IMG/VR virus record: IMGVR_UViG_3300044782_000003
Span: 1 to 27,461 of that record
Length of the DNA stretch: 27,461 nt
Source of the DNA: a virus
Taxonomy: Duplodnaviria > Caudoviricetes
Direction: 5' to 3' (one strand)
Shown: positions 1-6,558 of the stretch, piece after piece
How the letters are laid out: every line of letters begins with the position of its first letter
Position numbering within the stretch: the stretch's first letter is position 1
Made by a program: the position numbers and the translations under genes
Notes under the pieces: model-generated
Told to the model about the DNA's origin: nothing
The model's database searches: none
The model's input: the letters and a program-made list of their open reading frames with translations, nothing else

Positions 1-93
1 TTTTCTGCACCGTATAAATGTGAGGTGATTCATGGCGTTGGGCTGATTCCGCCAGTCGGAATGATTACGGGCTGGATCGATGTTGGTAGATAA
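1..93 (+). CDS. 3' end of a small phage hypothetical protein (partial, truncated by window edge)
   Basis: Frame 1 is open from base 1 and reads FSAPYKCEVIHGVGLIPPVGMITGWIDVGR* (TAA 91-93); same strand as the downstream operon. Confidence 0.5.
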   Translation, partial: FSAPYKCEVIHGVGLIPPVGMITGWIDVGR

Positions 94-143
94 CAGGAAC
101 TATAGCGCACGCATACCGCGAGCGCGTTGAATGGAGGTAGGAC

Positions 144-1007
144 ATGAATCAAAAGCTGGCAGTTATAGAACACGAACCGCGCGCCATGACGGCCAGTGAC
201 ATGCGCGCCCAGGTAAACTTGGTGCAGGAAGTCATGCAGGCTGTTATGCGTAAAGATACGCATTATGGCGTCATTCCCGGCACCAAAAAGCCGAGTCTGT
301 ATAAGCCCGGCGCCGAGGTATTGGCGGCGACGTTCCGGATCGCCGTGAGCTATCGCGTAGACGACCTGTCTGATGGCGATCACGTGCGCTATCGCGTAGC
401 CGCTGTCGGCACACACCAGACTAGCGGCATCGTTCTGGGTGAGGGCATGGGAGAATGCTCAAGCGGCGAGGAAAAATACAAGTGGCGCGGTTCTATCTGC
501 GATGAGGAATTTGATTCTCTTCCTGAGAATCGTCGTCGCATCAAGTTCAGCAAGTATCAGGGCAAGGTCGAAAAGAAAAAGCAGGTACGCACTGAATCTG
601 CCGACCAAGCCAATACCATCCTCAAGATGGCCTGCAAGCGCGCTCAGGTTGCCATGACATTGAATGTCACGGCGGCGTCAGACATATTCACCCAGGACAT
701 TGAAGACCTGCCGGAGGAACTGCGTACAGAAGAAGTGACACAGCCGGCACGCCCAGAACCAGAGCCATATCCAAACGAAAAGCTTGACAGCCTCATTCCG
801 GCCTACACCAAACTCATCCAGGACGGCACGAAAACACCAGCCGCTATTCTGGCGACCATCAAGAGCAAGTACACGATGACAGCCGAGCAGGAGAAGCGGA
901 TCACCGACCTTGCCGTGAAGCCGGCCACACCGGACGCCGTGGACTCGGAATGGGGCGAGCAGTACGACAAGAAAATGAACGATAAACAGAATGGAGAGCA
1001 GGCATGA
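144..1007 (+). CDS. Putative phage single-strand annealing/recombination protein (Redbeta/Rad52-superfamily-like)
   Basis: 287 aa; SD GGAGG upstream; motifs HYGVIPGTKKPSLYKPGAE and NTILKMACKRA...SDIFTQDIED; ATGA overlap with a YqaJ exonuclease, the usual SSAP-exonuclease pairing. Confidence 0.6.
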   Translation: MNQKLAVIEHEPRAMTASDMRAQVNLVQEVMQAVMRKDTHYGVIPGTKKPSLYKPGAEVLAATFRIAVSYRVDDLSDGDHVRYRVAAVGTHQTSGIVLGEGMGECSSGEEKYKWRGSICDEEFDSLPENRRRIKFSKYQGKVEKKKQVRTESADQANTILKMACKRAQVAMTLNVTAASDIFTQDIEDLPEELRTEEVTQPARPEPEPYPNEKLDSLIPAYTKLIQDGTKTPAAILATIKSKYTMTAEQEKRITDLAVKPATPDAVDSEWGEQYDKKMNDKQNGEQA

Positions 1008-2641
1008 AGATCATCCAAGCAGTCCAGGGCAGCGAAGAGTGGCACGCCTTCCGACTCGAACACTTCGGCGCGAGCGAAGCTGCGGCCATGCTCGGCCTGT
1101 CCAAGAAGGTGAAACGCAGCGAATTGTTGCGCGCGAAGCACACCGGGATCGCCAAGGAGTTCAGTGACTGGGTGCAGGCTAACATCCTGGACAACGGCCA
1201 TCGTGTCGAGGCCATGGCGCGTCCGATTGCGGAAGAGATCATCGGCGAAGAGCTATTCCCGGCCACCTACTACGACGGCAAACTGTCGGCGTCCACCGAT
1301 GGCCTGACGATGACAGGCACTATCGCGTTCGAGCACAAGCAGTGGAATGCGGAGCTGGCGTCGTCTGTAAAGGCGGGAATTATTCCAGAAGAACATATTC
1401 CTCAGTGCCAGCAAGTGATGATGGTAACTCGGGCCGGGAGACTGCTGTTCATGGTATCCGACGGCACAAAGGATAACTGCGAATACCTGTGGGTCGAGCC
1501 GGACGCCAAGTGGCTTAAGCGAATCACTCAGGGCTGGGCGCAGTTCGCCGTTGATATGGCCGAGTACCAGCACGTCGAGGCCACGCCCGAGCCGGTAGCC
1601 GCGCCTGTCATGTCCCTGCCGTCAATAACCTACCGACTGAACGGTCTCGTGCTCACGTCGAACCTGGACGAGTACCGTGTCGCCGCCGAGGCTCTGGTAG
1701 AGCGATCCAAGAAGCCATTGGAGACAGATCAGGACTTCGCCGACCAGGACGCCATGAACAAGTCATTCAAGGAAGCCGAAGAACGTATCGCGCTGGTGTG
1801 CGAGCAGGTTGTCGCCGAGATCAAGGACGTGGACGCCTTCACGCGGGAACTAAGTCACGTCGGCGAGTTGATCCGGCAGGCGCGCTTGAACGGAGAAAAG
1901 CAAGTCAAGACGCGCAAGGATTCGATAAGAGAGGAAATACGCCGTTCTGGCGTTGACGACTACGATAAACATATCTGTAGTCTCAATGGCCGCATCGGCA
2001 AGAACTATCTGGCCACTGCATACCGTAATGTTCCAGATCCAGACTTTGCCGGAGTGATGCGAGGAAAAAAGACAATCACCAGCCTGCGTGAGGCCGTCAA
2101 CAACGAGCTGGTGCGTTGCAAGATACTGTCGAGCGAGATAGCCGACCGCGTTCAGATCAACTTGAACAGCTTGCGCGAGCTCGCCGACGGCTATCAGACA
2201 CTATTCAAGGACACCGCCACTATCGTACTCAAGCAGAACGACGACCTAGTGGCGCTGATAAAAACGCGCATCGCGGAACACAAGAAGGAAGAGGCGGATC
2301 GTGTTGAGCGTGAGCGCGTTAAGAAAGAAGCGGATGACGCACGCGCTGCCGCTGCGGTTGAAGTTCCGTCTGCGGCTGTAGTTGTTGCGGCGTCTGGTCC
2401 GGCGCTGCATTCTGCTGTTGCGCCGCAACACGATATTCCGCGCCCGGCATCGTCAGGCGGTAGTTTAGTCACACCACCAGCCGCCAAAATGGCGCGGCCA
2501 AGCGATAATCACATCATCAATACGTTGTCTATTCAATACAGTACACATGAAAGAGTTGTAATCGGCTGGCTGCTCGACATGGACTTGGCCGCCGCCAGTC
2601 AACGGCTGACGGCTGAGACGCTGTCCGGATCGCGCAAGTAA
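1004..2641 (+). CDS. YqaJ/lambda-exonuclease-family viral recombinase with long C-terminal helical extension
   Basis: N-terminal QGSEEWHAFR..FGASEAAAMLG, GHRVE..AR, LSASTDGL, FEHK and QCQQVMMV match the PD-(D/E)XK lambda-exonuclease motifs; the C-terminal half is coiled-coil and Ala/Pro-rich. Confidence 0.85.
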   Translation: MKIIQAVQGSEEWHAFRLEHFGASEAAAMLGLSKKVKRSELLRAKHTGIAKEFSDWVQANILDNGHRVEAMARPIAEEIIGEELFPATYYDGKLSASTDGLTMTGTIAFEHKQWNAELASSVKAGIIPEEHIPQCQQVMMVTRAGRLLFMVSDGTKDNCEYLWVEPDAKWLKRITQGWAQFAVDMAEYQHVEATPEPVAAPVMSLPSITYRLNGLVLTSNLDEYRVAAEALVERSKKPLETDQDFADQDAMNKSFKEAEERIALVCEQVVAEIKDVDAFTRELSHVGELIRQARLNGEKQVKTRKDSIREEIRRSGVDDYDKHICSLNGRIGKNYLATAYRNVPDPDFAGVMRGKKTITSLREAVNNELVRCKILSSEIADRVQINLNSLRELADGYQTLFKDTATIVLKQNDDLVALIKTRIAEHKKEEADRVERERVKKEADDARAAAAVEVPSAAVVVAASGPALHSAVAPQHDIPRPASSGGSLVTPPAAKMARPSDNHIINTLSIQYSTHERVVIGWLLDMDLAAASQRLTAETLSGSRK

Positions 2642-2649
2642 ACCAACCA

Positions 2650-2660
2650 CACAAGGAGTG
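2650..2660 (+). promoter_or_regulatory. Shine-Dalgarno of csrA embedded in a CsrA-type GGA hairpin (CAC-AAGGA-GTG)
   Basis: CACAAGGAGTG forms a 3-bp stem with an AAGGA loop and resembles the CsrA consensus ACARGGAUGU. Confidence 0.45.
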
Positions 2661-2662
2661 CA

Positions 2663-2845
2663 ATGATGCTCATCCTTTCGCGCAAAGCCGACGAATCCAT
2701 AAACATCGGCGACGACATCAAGGTTACTGTCCTAGAAATCCGAGGCAGCCAAGTGCGTCTCGGTATCAGCGCACCGAAGCATATCCAGGTGGACAGGGAA
2801 GAGATTACGGAGCGGAAGAGGATCGAGAACAGACAGGACGTATAA
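2663..2845 (+). CDS. csrA: Carbon storage regulator CsrA/RsmA homolog (RNA-binding translational regulator)
   Basis: [47 protein letters not shown] aligns by eye with CsrA (MLILTR..GE...IGD...VTVL...G.QVR.G..APK...V.REEI); the RNA-binding Arg of (H/D)REE is retained. Start could be 2666. Confidence 0.93.
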   Translation: MMLILSRKADESINIGDDIKVTVLEIRGSQVRLGISAPKHIQVDREEITERKRIENRQDV

Positions 2846-2847
2846 AC
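2811..2847 (+). repeat. Direct repeat copy 1 (csrA 3' end)
   Basis: agcggaagaggatcgagaacagacaggacgtataaac; 31/37 identical to 3150-3186, first 17 nt identical. Confidence 0.85.
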
Positions 2848-2878
2848 AAGCACCATTATCTAATCGACGGAGGCACAG

Positions 2879-3151
2879 ATGGACATTACAGGAATCGACA
2901 AGGCTAAGATTTTGGCGGCCCTCTACAATGGCTCGCGGCAACAGGGGATGGGCTTCATGAACCAGAGAGGGGCAAGCGGCATGACTGAGGAAGAAGCTCG
3001 GGAAGAGCTTAAACTCAAAGATCACTTCGATTATCTCCACGGGCGCGTCATGAAAATTTCGCTCAAAGGCGATGAACTGAGAACGGATCTCTACAACCGC
3101 GACAATGGCGACGGGGCGGCTGAACGCATCATCGAAGGGCTAAATGGTTAG
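2879..3151 (+). CDS. Hypothetical protein (90 aa)
   Basis: SD GGAGG; globular composition (LAALYN..QGMGF..FDYLHGRVMK..LYNRDNG.GAA); flanked by the csrA-end direct repeats. Confidence 0.8.
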   Translation: MDITGIDKAKILAALYNGSRQQGMGFMNQRGASGMTEEEAREELKLKDHFDYLHGRVMKISLKGDELRTDLYNRDNGDGAAERIIEGLNG

Positions 3152-3186
3152 CGGAAGAGGATCGAGCATAGACAGGAGACATGAAC
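3150..3186 (+). repeat. Direct repeat copy 2 (displaced alternative csrA 3' end)
   Basis: agcggaagaggatcgagcatagacaggagacatgaac; in the csrA frame it reads RKRIEHRQET* versus [10 protein letters not shown]. Confidence 0.85.
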
Positions 3187-3224
3187 GAGTAGAAAGTCTT
3201 GTGAAGTGCGCTACAGAGAAATCT

Positions 3225-3464
3225 TGTCGGGCATGGTGTAGGGGACACATAGCAGGCTGTACGCAAACGGCTATGGCGGCCTACGAAAACGCAACTGGCG
3301 GACAATTAACCTGAGCTGCCCGCCGCTAGGGTAACGCACGAAGCAGGTGTGAGCCACAACACATTAAAACGTGGTTGAGAGATAAAGCGGTCTGCGGATT
3401 AACAGAGTCATTCTCTGTGTCTTTCCGGTTAGCTTCTCTGGTATGGGTATAATCCCGACAGCCA
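3225..3464 (+). ncRNA. Candidate structured RNA with tRNA-like closed ends
   Basis: 5' TGTCGGG (3225-3231) pairs with CCCGACA (3454-3460), followed by G-CCA; several internal hairpins; region lacks a credible ORF. No canonical TTCGA T-loop. Confidence 0.3.
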
Positions 3465-3529
3465 GATGTACGTTCCGGCCAGACCGCCTAATCTTACTTA
3501 ACCGAGGTTGTATTGGTGATGGCGCGGGT

Positions 3530-3814
3530 ATGAAAATGACAGCCAAAGAGCGGTACGAAAAGTTCGAGAAAGGTAAACGTGGTGCTCGTGTGTATGTTCC
3601 ACGTAAGAATCGTTGGCACGGTACTCGGGAAGCACGCTTGGCGTCACAACGGGTCCGCGATGCCGTCAGATACGGAAAGCTTGTAAAGCCAGAAGGCTGC
3701 GAACATTGTTTCATAGTTGGCAAGATTCTATGTGGTCACCATAAAGACTATAAAAAGCCTTTGGAGGTTATCTGGCTTTGTCATTCATGCCATGCAGCAG
3801 AACATAACAAATGA
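3530..3814 (+). CDS. Small HNH-type Zn-binding endonuclease-like protein
   Basis: CEHC...GHHKDYKKPLEVIWLCHSCH motif of small phage HNH proteins; ATG 3530 (or 3536) is preferred over 3443. Confidence 0.75.
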   Translation: MKMTAKERYEKFEKGKRGARVYVPRKNRWHGTREARLASQRVRDAVRYGKLVKPEGCEHCFIVGKILCGHHKDYKKPLEVIWLCHSCHAAEHNK

Positions 3815-3870
3815 TCTGTTACTCAAGCCCGGACGCCATCACCAATACGACTTAACACAGGAGAGAGGCA

Positions 3871-4284
3871 ATGACTAAAGAAACGAAAGCAATAGAAGGA
3901 CCACAGGCAGATGTGCCGGACTCAACGCAACTGTTATGCTACCTGACTCCATCTGAGGCGGTGTTTGATGACGCGGATGAGGCGGAGAGCCTGCGGGCGC
4001 AGCTTGCCGAAGCACATGCCGTCCTGAAAGAACAAGAGGATCTGCTTTTTGCAATCGGCCCAATAACATGCAGGAACGGGATTAAGCACACCAGGATTGA
4101 TAGATGTTTGTACTGTGAGATTGAGAGAATGCGGCCTGTGGTGGTGGTCGCGGAAGATCAGGCAAGGAAGTGTGAAGCAGAAGTAACTGTTATGCATTTC
4201 ACTGAGCGCGGCAGAGAGTTTTTGACGGCGTGCTTAGAAACAGTGAAAGCCTTCCGCGACTACGAAGCCAAGGATAAACCATGA
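3871..4284 (+). CDS. Hypothetical phage protein
   Basis: 137 aa; purine-rich SD (caggagagagg); ATGA overlap with next gene. Confidence 0.65.
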   Translation: MTKETKAIEGPQADVPDSTQLLCYLTPSEAVFDDADEAESLRAQLAEAHAVLKEQEDLLFAIGPITCRNGIKHTRIDRCLYCEIERMRPVVVVAEDQARKCEAEVTVMHFTERGREFLTACLETVKAFRDYEAKDKP

Positions 4285-4577
4285 ATCGAGCACAATTTCT
4301 ACTTACAAAACTGGCGGAAGAGAGTGCCGAAGTCGTACACATTGCACTCAAAACACAACAGTTCGGCTTTAATGAAGTCTGCCCAGACCAATCCTACACA
4401 AACGCGCAACGCGTACATCAAGAGATTGATGATCTTTTCGCTATTGTTGAAATGCTCAACGAGGAGTGCGGCTTTGGTTACAGGCAGAGCCGCACACGGA
4501 TAACGGAAAAGAAAAAGAAAGTGCAGAAGTATTCCGAGTATTCAGAACACCTTGGGCTTATTGGTAAGCAGCCATGA
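4281..4577 (+). CDS. MazG-like nucleotide pyrophosphohydrolase
   Basis: KLAEESAEV...QEIDDL matches the EExxE...ExxD acidic motif of all-alpha NTP-PPases; translationally coupled. Confidence 0.7.
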   Translation: MNRAQFLLTKLAEESAEVVHIALKTQQFGFNEVCPDQSYTNAQRVHQEIDDLFAIVEMLNEECGFGYRQSRTRITEKKKKVQKYSEYSEHLGLIGKQP

Positions 4578-4924
4578 AGCCTGAACAGATAGCGGAGATT
4601 GAAGACTGGTTTGTATCCACGATTAATCTGGCTGGGACTATTTTTAACTCCCGTCCAGCAGAGGAAAACGAATCCGATGGGCACAGATTGCATAGAAAGA
4701 GAGTGACCGAACTTTGCTCCGCTCTGTTGTCCAGATTCGACGATCTGTTAGACCTCATCGCCACCGCAAAAGAGGTGGAGCGGTTGAGGGCGGACGCGGC
4801 TCGTTATTTATGGCTACGAGATTGGGCACAAAGCTACCAGTTGCATGAATGGTTTGAAGCTGGGTTATCGCTTGAGCAGATTGATGGTTCCATTGACGAA
4901 GCCATCGCCAAGGTGTCGGCGTAA
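4574..4924 (+). CDS. Hypothetical phage protein (LRADAARYxWLR motif, common in early phage genes)
   Basis: 116 aa; ATGA overlap upstream, TAATG overlap downstream. Confidence 0.65.
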   Translation: MKPEQIAEIEDWFVSTINLAGTIFNSRPAEENESDGHRLHRKRVTELCSALLSRFDDLLDLIATAKEVERLRADAARYLWLRDWAQSYQLHEWFEAGLSLEQIDGSIDEAIAKVSA

Positions 4925-5111
4925 TGGGTACCATCAAACACGGCCACGCAGTGCGCAACGCATATACGCGCACATACATGATCTGGATGACCATGCGCAA
5001 GCGTTGCTCTAAAGCGTCGGCGCTATCTGGCACAGGATAGAACTGGGCTGGACGCTCGCGAAAACCCTATCAACTTCAAAGCGGAAGCGCAGAAATGAAC
5101 ATATCTCTTGA
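4924..5111 (+). pseudogene. Internally deleted HNH homing endonuclease remnant
   Basis: ATG 4924 gives MGTIKHGH..TRTYMIWMTMRKRC, the N-terminal motif of phage HNH endonucleases, then stops at 5038-5040. A shifted frame gives AIWHRIELGWTLAKTLST, resembling their C-terminal motif. The catalytic core is absent. Confidence 0.6.
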
Positions 5112-5271
5112 AGAACAGATTGAGTATATGTTGGAACTCAGACTATTTTACGGGGAACACGGCGATACTGAGCAGGCGGAGAAATGCAAAGCCATCCTCG
5201 CCACCCTTGAGGCGGTGAGAGACAGCCCCAGAGCCTCCCAGATTACCGACCCGCTACCAAGTACCACCTAG
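5095..5271 (+). CDS. Small hypothetical phage protein (58 aa)
   Basis: MNISLEEQIEYMLELR...CKAILATLEAV...*; below the ORF-track cutoff, translated by hand. Confidence 0.55.
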   Translation: MNISLEEQIEYMLELRLFYGEHGDTEQAEKCKAILATLEAVRDSPRASQITDPLPSTT

Positions 5272-5363
5272 CCTGTTTGCGCGCCTCTCAGGGCATCCAC
5301 GGCATTTGTGATAAACGCAATTATTTTTTTAGTCACTAGTGAATAACTGGCATGATATTTAAT

Positions 5364-5384
5364 AAGTGACAAATAACGTCACTT
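5364..5384. promoter_or_regulatory. Operator-like palindrome 1: AAGTGAC-N7-GTCACTT
   Basis: Perfect 7-bp inverted arms; overlaps the -35 of the putative sigma70 promoter. Confidence 0.7.
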
Positions 5385-5394
5385 TATGTACAGT
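5366..5394 (+). promoter_or_regulatory. Putative sigma70-type promoter for the HNH-HTH gene
   Basis: GTGACA (5366-5371), 17-nt spacer, TACAGT (5389-5394) in an AT-rich intergenic region. Confidence 0.45.
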
Positions 5395-5397
5395 AGT

Positions 5398-5414
5398 GTG
5401 ACAATAATTGTCAT
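5398..5414. promoter_or_regulatory. Operator-like palindrome 2: GTGAC-N7-GTCAT
   Basis: GTGAC AATAATT GTCAT with inner perfect TGACAAT-A-ATTGTCA; 32 bp from site 1; covers the predicted transcription start. Confidence 0.7.
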
Positions 5415-5431
5415 ACAGGAATAAATAACCA

Positions 5432-5968
5432 ATGAAGCCGAAATGTGTTGTTTGTAATGAGACTGTTCTTAAATCTCAAAATACCATGTGCGGAAACTGC
5501 CTAGCGGCAAAGGTAATAATCCAGCGATCAGCCGCCTCCATGATGGCGCTTCACGGCATTACGCGGGCGTCTGGCGTGTGCGTTGATTGCGGAATACGTC
5601 CTGCCACCTGCCGCGATCACAGGCACTATGCAAGCCCGTTAAAAGTAGACTTTACCTGTAGTCCGTGCAATATCAGGCGCGGCGCTGCACTTGACCTTAT
5701 TGAACTGATAAAGGCGCACAGAGGTTTAATAGCTATCCAGGCGAATGAACCAAAACCTGACTTATGTGAATATAAAAGAGATGATTCTGTGCTACCTGAC
5801 TTCGCGGCCGGTTTCAACCTTACAAAATACATATCCGAATTTGAACAGTTAGTCATTCAAAAAGCTATCGCTCAAACTGGTTCAAATAAAACAAGTGCAG
5901 CAAAATTACTGGGTATATCCTTTCGAGCACTGCGTTATAAGCTAGAAAAACTTGGCCTTGATATGTGA
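5432..5968 (+). CDS. HNH-like Zn-finger domain fused to Fis-type HTH (PilR/NtrC-like C-terminus); putative regulator
   Basis: CxxC..CxxC, then CVDC..DHRHYASPLKVDFTCSPCN (HNH-like, same family as 3530-3814); C-terminal ISEFEQLVIQKAIAQTGSNKTSAAKLLGISFRALRYKLEKLG is a Fis-type HTH; no GAFTGA/AAA+ or receiver domain. Confidence 0.8.
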   Translation: MKPKCVVCNETVLKSQNTMCGNCLAAKVIIQRSAASMMALHGITRASGVCVDCGIRPATCRDHRHYASPLKVDFTCSPCNIRRGAALDLIELIKAHRGLIAIQANEPKPDLCEYKRDDSVLPDFAAGFNLTKYISEFEQLVIQKAIAQTGSNKTSAAKLLGISFRALRYKLEKLGLDM

Positions 5969-5981
5969 CGCTATTGGTCAC
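5965..5981. promoter_or_regulatory. Palindrome 3: GTGAC-N7-GTCAC, at enhancer (UAS) distance from the sigma54 promoter
   Basis: GTGAC GCTATTG GTCAC overlapping the stop codon of the HTH gene; centre ~97 bp upstream of the predicted +1. Confidence 0.65.
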
Positions 5982-6043
5982 CTGCGCCATGATAGATTGC
6001 ATCTCACTATCACTAAAACACTGTGTTTACGTATACGCCAACT

Positions 6044-6059
6044 TGGCACGGTGGTTGCA
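6044..6059 (+). promoter_or_regulatory. Sigma54 (RpoN) -24/-12 promoter
   Basis: TGGCACG-GTGG-TTGCA is an exact match to the TGGCACG-N4-TTGCW consensus; intergenic; predicted +1 near 6070. Confidence 0.75.
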
Positions 6060-6070
6060 CTAATTATGGC

Positions 6071-6157
6071 ATGCGAGACCTAGCCGAGATCATCGAATAC
6101 CTGCTCAGGCGACTCGCTGACCGGATCGCCAAGTGGCGGAAAAAGGAGACTCCATGA
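6071..6157 (+). CDS. Small amphipathic peptide (28 aa), probably leaderless
   Basis: MRDLAEIIEYLLRRLADRIAKWRKKETP*; ATG at the predicted sigma54 start; ATGA overlap with next gene. Confidence 0.45.
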   Translation: MRDLAEIIEYLLRRLADRIAKWRKKETP

Positions 6158-6363
6158 AAAAGATTCGTGACCTATCGGAAACACAGCTTAGGGCCAAGCT
6201 GGAAAAGCTTGGGTTCAAGCCGAACGGATTTATGGGCTATTACTCGCTGCCATCTCCATGTGCAGCGATCAGCATTAGCAAGTTTAATGCTGGTTCAAAC
6301 AGACGCGCACAGCTCGCCTATCTGGTTCGCGAGTTCAACAAATACAAAAAGGATGGCCCATGA
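6154..6363 (+). CDS. Small basic hypothetical protein (69 aa)
   Basis: Strong SD AAGGAG before ATG 6154; MKKIRDLSETQLRAKLEKLGF... Confidence 0.7.
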   Translation: MKKIRDLSETQLRAKLEKLGFKPNGFMGYYSLPSPCAAISISKFNAGSNRRAQLAYLVREFNKYKKDGP

Positions 6364-6494
6364 CCACATGCACCGCACTCGTGATATTCCTGCTGGGGTT
6401 CCTGGTGGGATGTCTGTTCAAACTGTTCCAGCTGCGCCGAGCTAATTCGGCTTGTCAGCGCGAGCTGGTGTTTCTCAAGAGGCAGGCGGATTAA
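6360..6494 (+). CDS. Small single-pass membrane protein (44 aa)
   Basis: MTTCTALVIFLLGFLVGCLFKLFQLRRANSACQRELVFLKRQAD*; ATGA overlap; hydrophobic helix followed by basic residues. Confidence 0.55.
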   Translation: MTTCTALVIFLLGFLVGCLFKLFQLRRANSACQRELVFLKRQAD

Positions 6495-6558
6495 CGACAG
6501 AACGATTCCGCTGCCAGTTTGTCAGCGTTGTGCGCTTCAATCGTCGCCGCCAACTCTT

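Noticed and set aside
40-49. GGGCTGATTC resembling a tmRNA 5' end
   Set aside because: Not followed by the GGATTCGAC motif; lies in an open reading frame; no matching 3' end.
2811-3186. CRISPR or att-site interpretation of the direct repeat
   Set aside because: Only two imperfect copies 339 bp apart; no cas or integrase gene in the window.
3225-3464. Canonical tRNA-Tyr or tmRNA call
   Set aside because: No TTCGA T-loop, wrong arm spacing and no convincing tag reading frame; kept only as an ncRNA candidate.
5348-5363. Second sigma54-like motif TGGCATG-ATAT-TTAAT
   Set aside because: Lacks the essential GC at -12.
30-5856. - strand ORFs in the early arm (e.g. 30-416, 803-1201, 3364-3723)
   Set aside because: Antisense to recognisable + strand genes, with no independent support.
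6154-6363. HicA toxin (LEKLGF start)
   Set aside because: No GSH catalytic motif and no HicB partner.
6426-6470. GC-rich hairpin near the convergence point as an intrinsic terminator
   Set aside because: Lies within the 44-aa ORF and lacks a clear U-tract on either strand.
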